IMG/VR virus record: IMGVR_UViG_3300038608_000026
Location: 1-58,822 of that record
Source: a virus
Taxonomy: Duplodnaviria; Caudoviricetes
DNA: 58,822 nt
Reading direction: 5' to 3' (one strand)
Positions 35,764 through 45,429 of this stretch are shown here, piece by piece. Both the position numbers and the translations under genes were made by a program. Under the pieces are notes generated by a model. It saw only the letters and a program-made list of their open reading frames with translations. It was not told the origin of the DNA and did not search any database. Position 1 is the stretch's first letter. The number at the start of each line of letters is the position of its first letter.

Positions 35764-36969
35764 TCAACTTATCAGATGTGTCAGTTGCGCTGTTATGTGA
35801 GCAGCAGCCTGTGCGTCTGCAACCCCTTTTCCTTTGTGTATTTCCGCTGATGTCTCGCTGCCAGCCGCATTGATATTAGCTTGTGTAATTGTTCCAGCAC
35901 TTTCCAGTCTTGAACTGTTATTAACCGCGTTAATTTCCGTTTTGTCTGAAATAATTTTTGCCTGTGTTGCCCTTTCATCATTGATGATGGAATTAAAAGA
36001 ATTATTTACATCGTTCTGGTACCGATTCTCGTTTATTATCTCTTTAGAAATAAGGGTTTGCTCATTGCCAAACTGTTTATCATTCAGGTCTCTTTTTGCC
36101 GCCGATATTCCGATACCCTTATTCTCGGTTTTGATATCTTCCTTTAACTTTTCCACCTCTTTTTCGGAAAGGTCATTCTTCACATTTGCCTGTTCCAACT
36201 TTTCTTCCGCAATGTCATGCTCTATTGCAATTTGAGAAGGTATTAAGGCAGCATGGTGATTTGTTACTGTTGCCAACTCTGCCAATCCGGGAATCATTTG
36301 TTGTTTCTTGGTTGCCGTTTCTTGTTCCGCCGCAATTAACTGGGAATAATATGTGCCCTTACCCTGCTCAAGAATGATAAGTTCCTGTTCTTTAGTAATA
36401 ATTCTTTCAATCACCGGAATGATTTCTAATTTCTTTTGTGCCGTAAGAAGTTTGGCGTTGGCCAACTGTACCTCATAGGGAGCAGTTGCCGCATCAAGGG
36501 TTGCAAGTTGTGTACGATATCCCTCCATTTCAATATCGATGGCTGTCTTGGCGTTAATTAAAACGGCCTGCCGTGCATCGACTTCAATGGCGAGACTATT
36601 TAACGTTTCTTCCTCTCCGGCCATCCCTTGTTTAATGATGGATAGTTCAGCATCCCATGCTGCAATTAAAGATTGCTTCTCTGATTCCCAAATTATTCTG
36701 GCCGTTATATAGGCGTTATTGTAGTCGATCCCCATCTGTTTAAGTTCACGTTCAATGGTTTCTTCAAGAATCTTGTAATTCAGTTCAGAAAGCCCTAATT
36801 TAGCTGCCAGTTCGATTTCATTCTCAAGGTCATAGGCATAACCCGGAAGGTTCTTAAACCCACGTCCGGCTATCTCTGAAAGTAATTTTGCATGTTCCGC
36901 AAGATACTTTCGGATAACCGGTGTTTTACTTTTGCGCCATGAGGCTAATTCTCTTAAATGTTCTGACAT
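35764..36969 (-). CDS. Coiled-coil virion protein
   Basis: Heptad-rich; ends AAAHITAQLTHLI. Confidence 0.65.
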   Translation of the reverse strand: MSEHLRELASWRKSKTPVIRKYLAEHAKLLSEIAGRGFKNLPGYAYDLENEIELAAKLGLSELNYKILEETIERELKQMGIDYNNAYITARIIWESEKQSLIAAWDAELSIIKQGMAGEEETLNSLAIEVDARQAVLINAKTAIDIEMEGYRTQLATLDAATAPYEVQLANAKLLTAQKKLEIIPVIERIITKEQELIILEQGKGTYYSQLIAAEQETATKKQQMIPGLAELATVTNHHAALIPSQIAIEHDIAEEKLEQANVKNDLSEKEVEKLKEDIKTENKGIGISAAKRDLNDKQFGNEQTLISKEIINENRYQNDVNNSFNSIINDERATQAKIISDKTEINAVNNSSRLESAGTITQANINAAGSETSAEIHKGKGVADAQAAAHITAQLTHLIS

Positions 36970-36975
36970 AAAATC

Positions 36976-38376
36976 CTACTTGCTCAAAATAACAGGTATA
37001 AGTTTTATTACATCCAGCGTATCAAAGTCCGCTATTGACAACTTCCAGTTTCTTGATTTCTGTTCATGCGAGGCGACAACCATGCCTTTAGTGTCAATAT
37101 TGTAAATTTGGCGACTGCCGTCATCACATTCAAACACCATGACAGGAGAAACTCCGGAAATTCCTAAATATCCTTTTCTAAACCGCTTTTGATTTGGCAA
37201 TCCAAAGTCTGTCTCATTTAAAATAACTCCATCATGGATTGTATCCCCGGCATCCGTTGCCCCGGTAAGCTCATAGATACCCGTGTCATTTGCCCCAAAA
37301 GCCCTATTTTCAAACACGCAATACGAATTGAAGTTAAAGCCGGAATACATGGAAGGGTGAAATTTGGGTGTATTAAGAACATAACATTCATAAACCTCAT
37401 CATCTAACTCCACCGTTACATTCATGGAGATGGTATCATAAACAACGGTATAAAAAGTTCCCTTACTGGAGATGGTTTCAGTTAAGGAAAGAGCTTCATC
37501 AAGCGATATTCCTATTCTGCTAATCAAACTTGCAGTATCCGAAGCGTTGAGTGATTCCTGAATAACATTAATGAATGTAGCAACAACACTTACGGCATCC
37601 ACGGCGGAAAGCGTTTCCTGAATTATCATCTGCCAGGCGTGATATGAAAAATCAGACAGACCAAGTGATTCGTCCAACGACATAACGCTTGTTCTCATGG
37701 CATTGGCCAAATCAGAGAAACCCAGATATTCAAGAACGGTTATGGTTAAAGCATAACTGTTCGTATCCGTCAGGGTAATCGCTTCGTTGATTGAAGCAAC
37801 TACGTTAAAATACTTTTCTACTATATCATAAATATTCAACGTGTCATTTACAATATCTCGTCCGTTCCAGTTGTTTGTTTGAGAATCAATAAGCGTAAGC
37901 CAGTCATGTACCATTAAACCAAGAACCTCAGACGTACTATCGGTTAAAACAAGACTCTCTTCGTTGGTTACAGACCATCCGTGTTCCAGCTTATCCCAAA
38001 TAAATAGAACATCCGTCAGAGTAATATTGATGGTAGAATTTAATATTTGAGAAATAGAGACGTCCCCGATATTTATACTTTCGTTAATGGACAGCGAGTA
38101 AATTGCCTCAAAAGCAGTAGAAACAGAGATGTCTTCGCTATACATTGGCAAGGTGGAGGTCTCAACAGTTCCATCAAATACAGTAGAGGCAGAGATGTCT
38201 TCGCTAATACTTATGGTAGGGGTACTCTCAATCTGCATTATAACAAAAGGCTGCCCTTGAAATGCCCAGTCCATTGTTGTGAGGTTGACATTCCCCTGTG
38301 CATCAACCATGCAGAAAGGTTGCCCTTGAAATGCCCAATCTAAAGTTTTTAATTCATCTCTGGTTGGTAAACTCAA
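36976..38376 (-). CDS. Acidic beta-repeat virion protein (TTG start)
   Basis: DWAFQGQPF x2; repeated I.E.L.L.D motifs; GGAGAGG RBS. Confidence 0.65.
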   Translation of the reverse strand: MSLPTRDELKTLDWAFQGQPFCMVDAQGNVNLTTMDWAFQGQPFVIMQIESTPTISISEDISASTVFDGTVETSTLPMYSEDISVSTAFEAIYSLSINESINIGDVSISQILNSTINITLTDVLFIWDKLEHGWSVTNEESLVLTDSTSEVLGLMVHDWLTLIDSQTNNWNGRDIVNDTLNIYDIVEKYFNVVASINEAITLTDTNSYALTITVLEYLGFSDLANAMRTSVMSLDESLGLSDFSYHAWQMIIQETLSAVDAVSVVATFINVIQESLNASDTASLISRIGISLDEALSLTETISSKGTFYTVVYDTISMNVTVELDDEVYECYVLNTPKFHPSMYSGFNFNSYCVFENRAFGANDTGIYELTGATDAGDTIHDGVILNETDFGLPNQKRFRKGYLGISGVSPVMVFECDDGSRQIYNIDTKGMVVASHEQKSRNWKLSIADFDTLDVIKLIPVILSK

Positions 38377-38390
38377 CTTTCAACCTCTCC

Positions 38391-40742
38391 TTATGCCTGA
38401 CTAATCGTAAGGTCATCCACGAACACAGTGTACGATGTTCCCCCATAAGCATGAGCTTCAATTTCCACGACCCCACTTTCAGAAGGTTGAAATGAAAATT
38501 GAACTTGCTCCCACGTATCCGCCGCAGCCGTTATTGAAGCCGTTACATCATCATCTACTCCTGCAATTTGTCTGCCCTTACAAACCAACTTGCCGGTAAT
38601 TCCTGTATTGCTTCTGCGGAACCACGCTTTGATAGTAACCAGAGCATTTGCTCCTACCGCTACTTTTGCAATAGATAAATCAAGAGGGTAACTTGAAGAC
38701 CTGTTTGTCGAAGTTGGGTCAAGTCTCCAGGCAATGCCTGAATCAGTATGTCTGATTGTTGCCTCACTGCGAATAGTCCCTCCATCTGTAAAGATTTTAT
38801 GATTGTTTAATGTTTGATCATGCTTCCCTGAAAAAATACGGGCATTAATAAAGTCCGTAAATCCAGTAACTTCAGTTGCCTCGGCTATTAAAGCGTTAAA
38901 AAGATAGTTTCTCCCTACGTTATTAAAAACCCCGGCAGTACCATTCCCGGAAGTTGATAGAGTTCGTATGTTACTATTATAGCTATTGTAGTAGTAAACT
39001 CCATAATTGGTATTATTATTTGCATTAGATAAAATAGATATAAGGCTATTATAGCAGCCGGAATAGTAAACTCCGTAGCCGTTGTTATTTGCATTAGACA
39101 GAGTTGTTATGGAATTGTTATGGCTACTGCTATAGTAAACTCCATTATTGGTATTATTATTTGCGTTAGATAAAGTCGTTATGGAGTTGTTATTGCTATT
39201 GGTGTAGTTAATTCCGTAGCCGTTGTTATTTATATTGGACAGGGTTGTTATAGAATTGTTATGGCTATCGTTGTAGTAAACTCCGTAGTAGCCGTTGTTA
39301 TTTGCATTAGACAGGGTTGTTATAGAGTTGTTGTTACAATTGCTGTAGTAATAAACTCCATAGCTGGTATTATTGTTTGCACTGGACAGAGTTATTATAG
39401 AGTTGTTACTGCTAGAGAAATAATAAATTCCATGATTATATCTACTAAAGTTCAAATAATTTAATGTAATCCAGGACTTATAACTTTGATAAAGCCCATA
39501 TCCATATCCGTTCAATCCATCAAAAAATGTTTCTCCATCCTGAAGCCCAGAAGAGGTATTCCAACCTCCCTGAAATTGGATATTGTTCCCCGAAGTTCCA
39601 TTATCTTGAATTTCCTGAACAGCCAGTGAAGCAGATGATACCAGATTTGTTTTAATTGTTTCCCGTTTATAGGTCGTAACAGTTTCAGTTGTACCACCAT
39701 ACCCTCTACCGGCATTGGCCAATGTCTCCGTTTCATTATCCAAAAGCACAGTCACACCATCTATGCTTTGTATTCCATACCAACCTTCAGTCCCTCCCTG
39801 CTCGGCGGAGTTTTTAGAAATCAGACTTTGAAGATTAAGCCCATTCGTTGTGCAAGCGATAATATCATCTATTAAAATGGTTGGTGTGCCGGGGTCACTG
39901 TCAGCATAAATAGCTATAGATTGTATAGTAGCGCCGAGATTCCCTCCCCCATCTTTTGTTAAGGTTAGGGGTAAAAAGCGATTAGTAGAAGGAATAGCCG
40001 GAATCCAGAACGTGTCTACTACTGTGTCACCAGTCGCATCAGAGCAAAGACAAACTCTAAAAACATTCCCGCCTGCAATAGCAACACTGTTTCTAAACCA
40101 GAAAGATATTTTCTGATAGGCTGATAAATTAATAGAAGTAATTGCTTTATAAGCAACCTTGCCTGTAGTAAAAGCAGAAGCAATGGCAAGCGAAGCAGAA
40201 TTAGCACCCTGTTTTCTGGTAGTGCTTGTGGTAGCTGTAACATCGGCTGAAGCCGTCCAAGCCTCTTCACACAAATCAATATTAAGCGTTTGCGCCGCCC
40301 CAAGAGTTACTGTCTTCGATAAATTCGTCCATTCACCAGTTGTTCCAAGTGAAGTAGGAGCAGGACTTTTAGCTATTCTTATAATGTCTCCTGGCGCTAT
40401 TCTCGCAGCAGTTGCACCACTTGTAACGGTCTTCCAGGCGTCTGCCCAGTTCATTCCACCAAAGGGGACAGCATTTCCAGTTACATCTGCTCCATTGAAA
40501 GACGTCCAAGAAGCACCATCAAGGGTAAAGGTATCAGCGTTTACCAACGTAATTTTCCACACAGAATTAGCATAAGCCTGTGTGCAGCCGGAAACAGTTA
40601 TACATGCCCCCGTAACAAGGCCATGACCTGCCTTCGTTCCCAGGACATCATCCACACCTGACAAACTAAAGACCACATCTGCCAGTGTTGCCCGAACGGC
40701 ATCATTCCCGTTTTCATAATCCATGTAAAAAATGTTTGACAT
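38391..40742 (-). CDS. Tailspike/appendage protein with right-handed beta-helix repeats
   Basis: FYMDYENGND...AWKT...APGD.I.I; NNSITTLSNANNN..YGVYY repeats. Confidence 0.7.
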   Translation of the reverse strand: MSNIFYMDYENGNDAVRATLADVVFSLSGVDDVLGTKAGHGLVTGACITVSGCTQAYANSVWKITLVNADTFTLDGASWTSFNGADVTGNAVPFGGMNWADAWKTVTSGATAARIAPGDIIRIAKSPAPTSLGTTGEWTNLSKTVTLGAAQTLNIDLCEEAWTASADVTATTSTTRKQGANSASLAIASAFTTGKVAYKAITSINLSAYQKISFWFRNSVAIAGGNVFRVCLCSDATGDTVVDTFWIPAIPSTNRFLPLTLTKDGGGNLGATIQSIAIYADSDPGTPTILIDDIIACTTNGLNLQSLISKNSAEQGGTEGWYGIQSIDGVTVLLDNETETLANAGRGYGGTTETVTTYKRETIKTNLVSSASLAVQEIQDNGTSGNNIQFQGGWNTSSGLQDGETFFDGLNGYGYGLYQSYKSWITLNYLNFSRYNHGIYYFSSSNNSIITLSSANNNTSYGVYYYSNCNNNSITTLSNANNNGYYGVYYNDSHNNSITTLSNINNNGYGINYTNSNNNSITTLSNANNNTNNGVYYSSSHNNSITTLSNANNNGYGVYYSGCYNSLISILSNANNNTNYGVYYYNSYNSNIRTLSTSGNGTAGVFNNVGRNYLFNALIAEATEVTGFTDFINARIFSGKHDQTLNNHKIFTDGGTIRSEATIRHTDSGIAWRLDPTSTNRSSSYPLDLSIAKVAVGANALVTIKAWFRRSNTGITGKLVCKGRQIAGVDDDVTASITAAADTWEQVQFSFQPSESGVVEIEAHAYGGTSYTVFVDDLTISQA

Positions 40743-40772
40743 TGCTATTTCCTCTCATTCTAAATAGTTCGC

Positions 40773-42278
40773 TTAGACTGCTCCCATCACATCTATAAGA
40801 CCAACAAAACTTGTGGATACCAAGACACTCTCGTCAAGTCCATCCATTGATGTATCAAAATAATCCGTTATGTTTATATTTTCCGACAGACCATCAATAA
40901 GGCCATCTATTGCCTCAGTTACGGACACATTCTGCTGGATTGCCTTCCCTCCGTCCGTAACTGTGAAAGAATCGTCAACACTGATGTCTTCCGTTATTAA
41001 CCCGTCAAGCGTGCTAGAGACACCACTCAAAGTTATGCCATCTCCCGTTTTTTCTGTTGAAAAAGTAGGGGAATAAGCAATTATATCGACAACATTATCC
41101 GTTGCGGTTGCCGTAAATTCAGCGCCTTCAATTCTGTTAATTGCAAGTGTAAGGTTTGCGGCGGTTTCGTTTACTGTCGCTCCTATCTGAACTTCATATT
41201 GATTCCTCGGATAATAATTTACAAAAGTTAAAGTTACATCCCCTAACGTTCCACCTTTCAGTTTGATGGTATCGCCTGGGGCAGGATTAGTCGTTAAAGT
41301 TATTGAACTGTTGGATGTTAGTTCAATCAACCCGTAATCGGAAGAGAAAATGAACGGTTGAGACGGAGGGGTAAATTCTTCAGTCCAAACAGCACCTTTT
41401 ATTATTTGGTATCCATCAAAAATTATTTGAATAGCTCCCCCTATCATTAGATTTAATAAATGAGTCTCTACTGACGCGTCACTCTCAAATTCAAAAGGAG
41501 GGTCATTGAAGTTTGTTCCGTTAAAATAATGATACTTATTATAACCGCCACTTACCTTTACAAAAACGACTGCTTCATGAATTCTACTTCCCGCAGGGTA
41601 CTCGCCAAAGGGTTCAAGCGGTTTATAAAAAGCTGACATTGTAAAATTATCTTCTGTGCACCTATTAACAAATGTTGAATTGGTTGAATATATTAACACT
41701 GCTGGTGATGATTCAGAACCATTACAAAAACATGACCCTGAGCCAAATAAAACATTTCCTGTTTCAATTGTACAGTTTTGTATTGTTGAAGGCATCAACC
41801 CACTAACAGACTCAACAAATGAACCTTCAAATTCTACATCGAAAAGGATTTCTCCGGCTAAACTTGGAGTCTCTGGAGAAGGTATTTCTGTTGCTGACAC
41901 AACCACCGGGTCGCCGGGATTACTATTATCTAAAAAGGTGGCTATATTCATTGTCCCTGAAAATGTTACGGTTAAAGTAACATTCCCCGGAAGAGAAAAA
42001 TCAGATATCGACGCGTAATCGCTCCATTTACCAGTAGCAGGAATATAAAAACTCGCGGCTCCATTGACGGTTACCGGAATATTTTTGGTTCCCTGAATCA
42101 GTCTTGCGCTGGTTATAAGAACAGAAGAAACACCATTCCCCGCAAGCCAGAACTTCATCTGTGGCGTGACTGGCACTGAAAAGGTCTGCGACACAGTATT
42201 TAATACTGATGTCGTGCCTGAACCTATCCCTGATGGGTCCCAGGGGTTCCCTCTGGTAAATAAAACAACTTTAGACAT
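40773..42278 (-). CDS. Virion protein with LamG/ConA-like domain
   Basis: FGSGS..NG, DNFT...F, YQI.KG...T..FTPP..PF. Confidence 0.6.
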   Translation of the reverse strand: MSKVVLFTRGNPWDPSGIGSGTTSVLNTVSQTFSVPVTPQMKFWLAGNGVSSVLITSARLIQGTKNIPVTVNGAASFYIPATGKWSDYASISDFSLPGNVTLTVTFSGTMNIATFLDNSNPGDPVVVSATEIPSPETPSLAGEILFDVEFEGSFVESVSGLMPSTIQNCTIETGNVLFGSGSCFCNGSESSPAVLIYSTNSTFVNRCTEDNFTMSAFYKPLEPFGEYPAGSRIHEAVVFVKVSGGYNKYHYFNGTNFNDPPFEFESDASVETHLLNLMIGGAIQIIFDGYQIIKGAVWTEEFTPPSQPFIFSSDYGLIELTSNSSITLTTNPAPGDTIKLKGGTLGDVTLTFVNYYPRNQYEVQIGATVNETAANLTLAINRIEGAEFTATATDNVVDIIAYSPTFSTEKTGDGITLSGVSSTLDGLITEDISVDDSFTVTDGGKAIQQNVSVTEAIDGLIDGLSENINITDYFDTSMDGLDESVLVSTSFVGLIDVMGAV

Positions 42279-42280
42279 GT

Positions 42281-42850
42281 TTATGCGTCCGCCAATGTAA
42301 TTGAACAAACAACCATTAAAATGTCACCGGATACCACTCCTTTCGCTGTGGCAAACTTACTTGCCGCAAAGAGAGTCCCTCCGCCTGCGGCGTCGCCCTT
42401 AGTCGTTGGCGCAGTGCCACCTCCGCAAAGAAAAGCGCCATAAATCGTTTTGGTAGCGTTTATTGTAAAGGTTGCCTTGCTTGCGCTGTTTGTGGTAACT
42501 TTTGCCGTAGCCGCTGCTTCGACATATTCAGGTCTTGTCGCTTCAGTGTAAGCCGAGCTTTCGGTAAATCCGGGAATGGCATAGGTATCACCTATAAGAG
42601 GCGTGTAATCATTCTCAAACAATCCCATGTACCAGGTAGCTATTGCCGCTACTCCGTGAAATCCGACATTAAGCAGATGATTTAATCCTTCTGTCGTATT
42701 GACATTCTTCTGTTCCCACCGGTCAATGAGTTTTCCTTTCCGGTACTGCTCAAATTCCCACCATGAACCGATAGGAATAATTGATTTGACCGATGGACTG
42801 CTGATAAGGTGAGGGGTAAAAACTGTTCTAATAGGTAATCTTGATTTCAT
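42281..42850 (-). CDS. Virion structural protein, paralog of 44801-45406
   Basis: N..TTEGLN.LL...WYMGL...TIYGAFL. Confidence 0.7.
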   Translation of the reverse strand: MKSRLPIRTVFTPHLISSPSVKSIIPIGSWWEFEQYRKGKLIDRWEQKNVNTTEGLNHLLNVGFHGVAAIATWYMGLFENDYTPLIGDTYAIPGFTESSAYTEATRPEYVEAAATAKVTTNSASKATFTINATKTIYGAFLCGGGTAPTTKGDAAGGGTLFAASKFATAKGVVSGDILMVVCSITLADA

Positions 42851-42872
42851 AATATTTCTCCTTTTTTTTAAA

Positions 42873-43685
42873 TCACTTTGTAAAATTCCAGTACATTCCT
42901 GTCTGCCGCGCTCTATTATTATAAGACGCCCTGATTTGGCTATCTGAACGCAAATTGCTATAAAGATTATCGAGATAATAATTCCGGTTGGTCAACTGGA
43001 CACAAAGCCAGGCATGGCCACCACTGAGTAAATTGCCGCTTGAATCCCATGTATCCAAACCCTTTAACGTACCAATTTCAATGTGAATAGCTGACGCAGG
43101 GTAACCTTTATCCAAAAGTCTCTTTGCCTTTTCCAACGCATGGTCTTCGCAATCACCCGAACCGAGAACACTGACAAATTCCCAATTGTCCAGTTTCCCG
43201 CCATCGGAAACAAACGGATAGGTCTGGTCGACATAGGAATTTACCTCCTGAAGGTCGGCAAGAACGGTATCGGAATAAGTTATTTTACTGTCTTCTTCAT
43301 TCGTTATTAAGGCAAAAGAAGGATAGTGTTGCGCAAAATTATAGAATCCGGGAACGGGCACAAATGCCGTCTGAAGCACAGGATAAGGCTGCTGATAATC
43401 AATGCTTATTCTTGCATCGATGTTTGATTCCGGTGGTGAGATATCAGAAAGTAAATTACCATTAATATCAAATACTTTTATACTAGGCGCTATCAGTGTT
43501 TCACCCTCAACTTTTATCCCGCTATTAGCAACAATAAACCTAACATTATTGGATGGGAAGTCTCCGGGTACCACGCCTCCATCACGGTCAAAAACAGTGC
43601 AAACCTGAAATCTTCCGCAGGACTTGATTGTCTTCTGGTATTCTCCCACGCCGTAATGTTTTGCCTTTAAATATGTAGTAGTCAT
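42873..43685 (-). CDS. Transglutaminase-like cysteine protease (BTLCP/LapG-like)
   Basis: VNSYV, D.W, GDCEDHALEK, GHAWL, YLDN give a Cys-His-Asp triad. Confidence 0.8.
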   Translation of the reverse strand: MTTTYLKAKHYGVGEYQKTIKSCGRFQVCTVFDRDGGVVPGDFPSNNVRFIVANSGIKVEGETLIAPSIKVFDINGNLLSDISPPESNIDARISIDYQQPYPVLQTAFVPVPGFYNFAQHYPSFALITNEEDSKITYSDTVLADLQEVNSYVDQTYPFVSDGGKLDNWEFVSVLGSGDCEDHALEKAKRLLDKGYPASAIHIEIGTLKGLDTWDSSGNLLSGGHAWLCVQLTNRNYYLDNLYSNLRSDSQIRASYNNRARQTGMYWNFTK

Positions 43686-43686
43686 A

Positions 43687-44790
43687 TTAATATTGAATGG
43701 GCGGCGTCCACCCTCCTCCTCCTTCAATACCCAGGCAGGTATCAAATTCAATGGTATTGACAAAATTGTAATCAACCATCGGGAAGTTATAGAGAACAAC
43801 GTAGGCCATTGTCGAGATGGTGTATAATCTTAATTGCGCTCCGGTGTAGGGATCGTGTTTATGATCCGGGCACCAATAATATTCCTGTTCTTCCGATTCA
43901 CTTACAAGGTTGCCTTCGCTGTCTTTCGGCCACGAGCCATCATCAAATGTCCACTTACTCTCGGCCTCGTCCCACTTGCCCCACTGCCCGGATAACTGGT
44001 CTATAATAATATCTTCCCAATTGGCCGTCCGCACAACGTACAGCAGATGTTCATTGGACATGTCGCACCGGCTCTCGACAAGGTACATCGGAAATGGCGA
44101 TTCTTCCCCTCCTACCTGGTCGTCCCACCAACCCTTACGCATGCCAATAAAATCATAAATTCCGCTGGTAATAAGATTAAATTCATGGTCAAGGGTTATG
44201 TACGTTGTCGGACTTGTCCTTATCAGCCAGAGTTCCCGGTTCCACTGCCAGACATGGTCAATAATATATCCTTCTGAATTAGAAAGTGTATAGGTCTTGC
44301 TAACCGTGCCATCCATGCCAACGAGTTTCACCCATGACGGGCAGACAACAATATATTTCTGTTGTCGGTAACTCCATGAAATGTCGCAGTTTTCGGAATT
44401 AAAAATAATATTGTTATAAAGCAAATAATCATTGGGAAAATTATCGGCCCTGGCAATATTTTGATTCTGATAAACTACCAGTTTTTGAAGTAATATTTTA
44501 CTCTTCGATCCGCCATAAATGACTTTGCAATCGCCGATTGACAAGGCGTTGACCTTCTTCATTACAATAACAGAATCACCGGCAACAAAATTCTCCGCTG
44601 CGCCGTAAATCGCTCCATTATCGCGTAAGTTTGAAGTGGGCAAACTGTGCCAAAACAAGAGAGCAGGATAAACACTCCCTGCAATATTCACCGTACAGGT
44701 ATCATCAGAAGGGGAAACCGTTACTATTTCCCCTTCAAGAAACTCATTTTTCAGCACATCCCCTATATCCACAAAATCATGTGTGGGCAT
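43687..44790 (-). CDS. Virion-module protein with N-terminal OB-fold-like region
   Basis: G.I..V...DDTCTV...F..GD.VIV. Confidence 0.55.
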   Translation of the reverse strand: MPTHDFVDIGDVLKNEFLEGEIVTVSPSDDTCTVNIAGSVYPALLFWHSLPTSNLRDNGAIYGAAENFVAGDSVIVMKKVNALSIGDCKVIYGGSKSKILLQKLVVYQNQNIARADNFPNDYLLYNNIIFNSENCDISWSYRQQKYIVVCPSWVKLVGMDGTVSKTYTLSNSEGYIIDHVWQWNRELWLIRTSPTTYITLDHEFNLITSGIYDFIGMRKGWWDDQVGGEESPFPMYLVESRCDMSNEHLLYVVRTANWEDIIIDQLSGQWGKWDEAESKWTFDDGSWPKDSEGNLVSESEEQEYYWCPDHKHDPYTGAQLRLYTISTMAYVVLYNFPMVDYNFVNTIEFDTCLGIEGGGGWTPPIQY

Positions 44791-44800
44791 GTTGATGCTC

Positions 44801-45406
44801 CTAAGTTGAGGTGCAAGAAATAGTATAATTTATACTGAGCACATCATTATCAATAACCGCACGAGCTGTAGTAAACTTTTTAGCGCACATCAGATACCCG
44901 GTCGTTGCAGTTTTGGCCGGATCGGTTGACAGAAACGCCCCATAAACTGTTATACTCTGTGCCATCGTAAAAGAAGCCGGCGATGCAGAATTGGTGCACG
45001 AACCCGAAGCCGCTGCCGCGATGGTATATGATGGTTTATTGGTTAACGGAGAGTCGTAGTCGGCATCCTGACATTCTCCATAAGTACCTGCTGCCCCAAG
45101 TTTAACTGATGCAGTGTCTGCAAGCGCCGGAGTTACATTGTTTTTGAAAATGCCAACATAAAAAATAGCACTGCCAGCTTTTGAGGTTGTACCAAACATA
45201 ACCTCAAGCATATAATTCATGCCTTGTGTCGTGAATATGTTCCCGCCCTGGTCGCACTCATGGATCAATTTCCCTTCACGGAAATGTTTTGTAAACACCT
45301 GTCCATGAAAGTTAATGCCTGATTCCATAAAGTGTTTGGCGGCATATCTTGCCTCAACGCTGTCTCTTATGTTTCCAAGATCGATGGGAATAACTTTTCT
45401 TTCCAT
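44801..45406 (-). CDS. Virion structural protein
   Basis: NIFTTQGMNYML...FYVGI...TVYGAFL. Confidence 0.7.
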   Translation of the reverse strand: MERKVIPIDLGNIRDSVEARYAAKHFMESGINFHGQVFTKHFREGKLIHECDQGGNIFTTQGMNYMLEVMFGTTSKAGSAIFYVGIFKNNVTPALADTASVKLGAAGTYGECQDADYDSPLTNKPSYTIAAAASGSCTNSASPASFTMAQSITVYGAFLSTDPAKTATTGYLMCAKKFTTARAVIDNDVLSINYTISCTST

Positions 45407-45429
45407 TGTTTATCTCCTTTGTTATTTTT

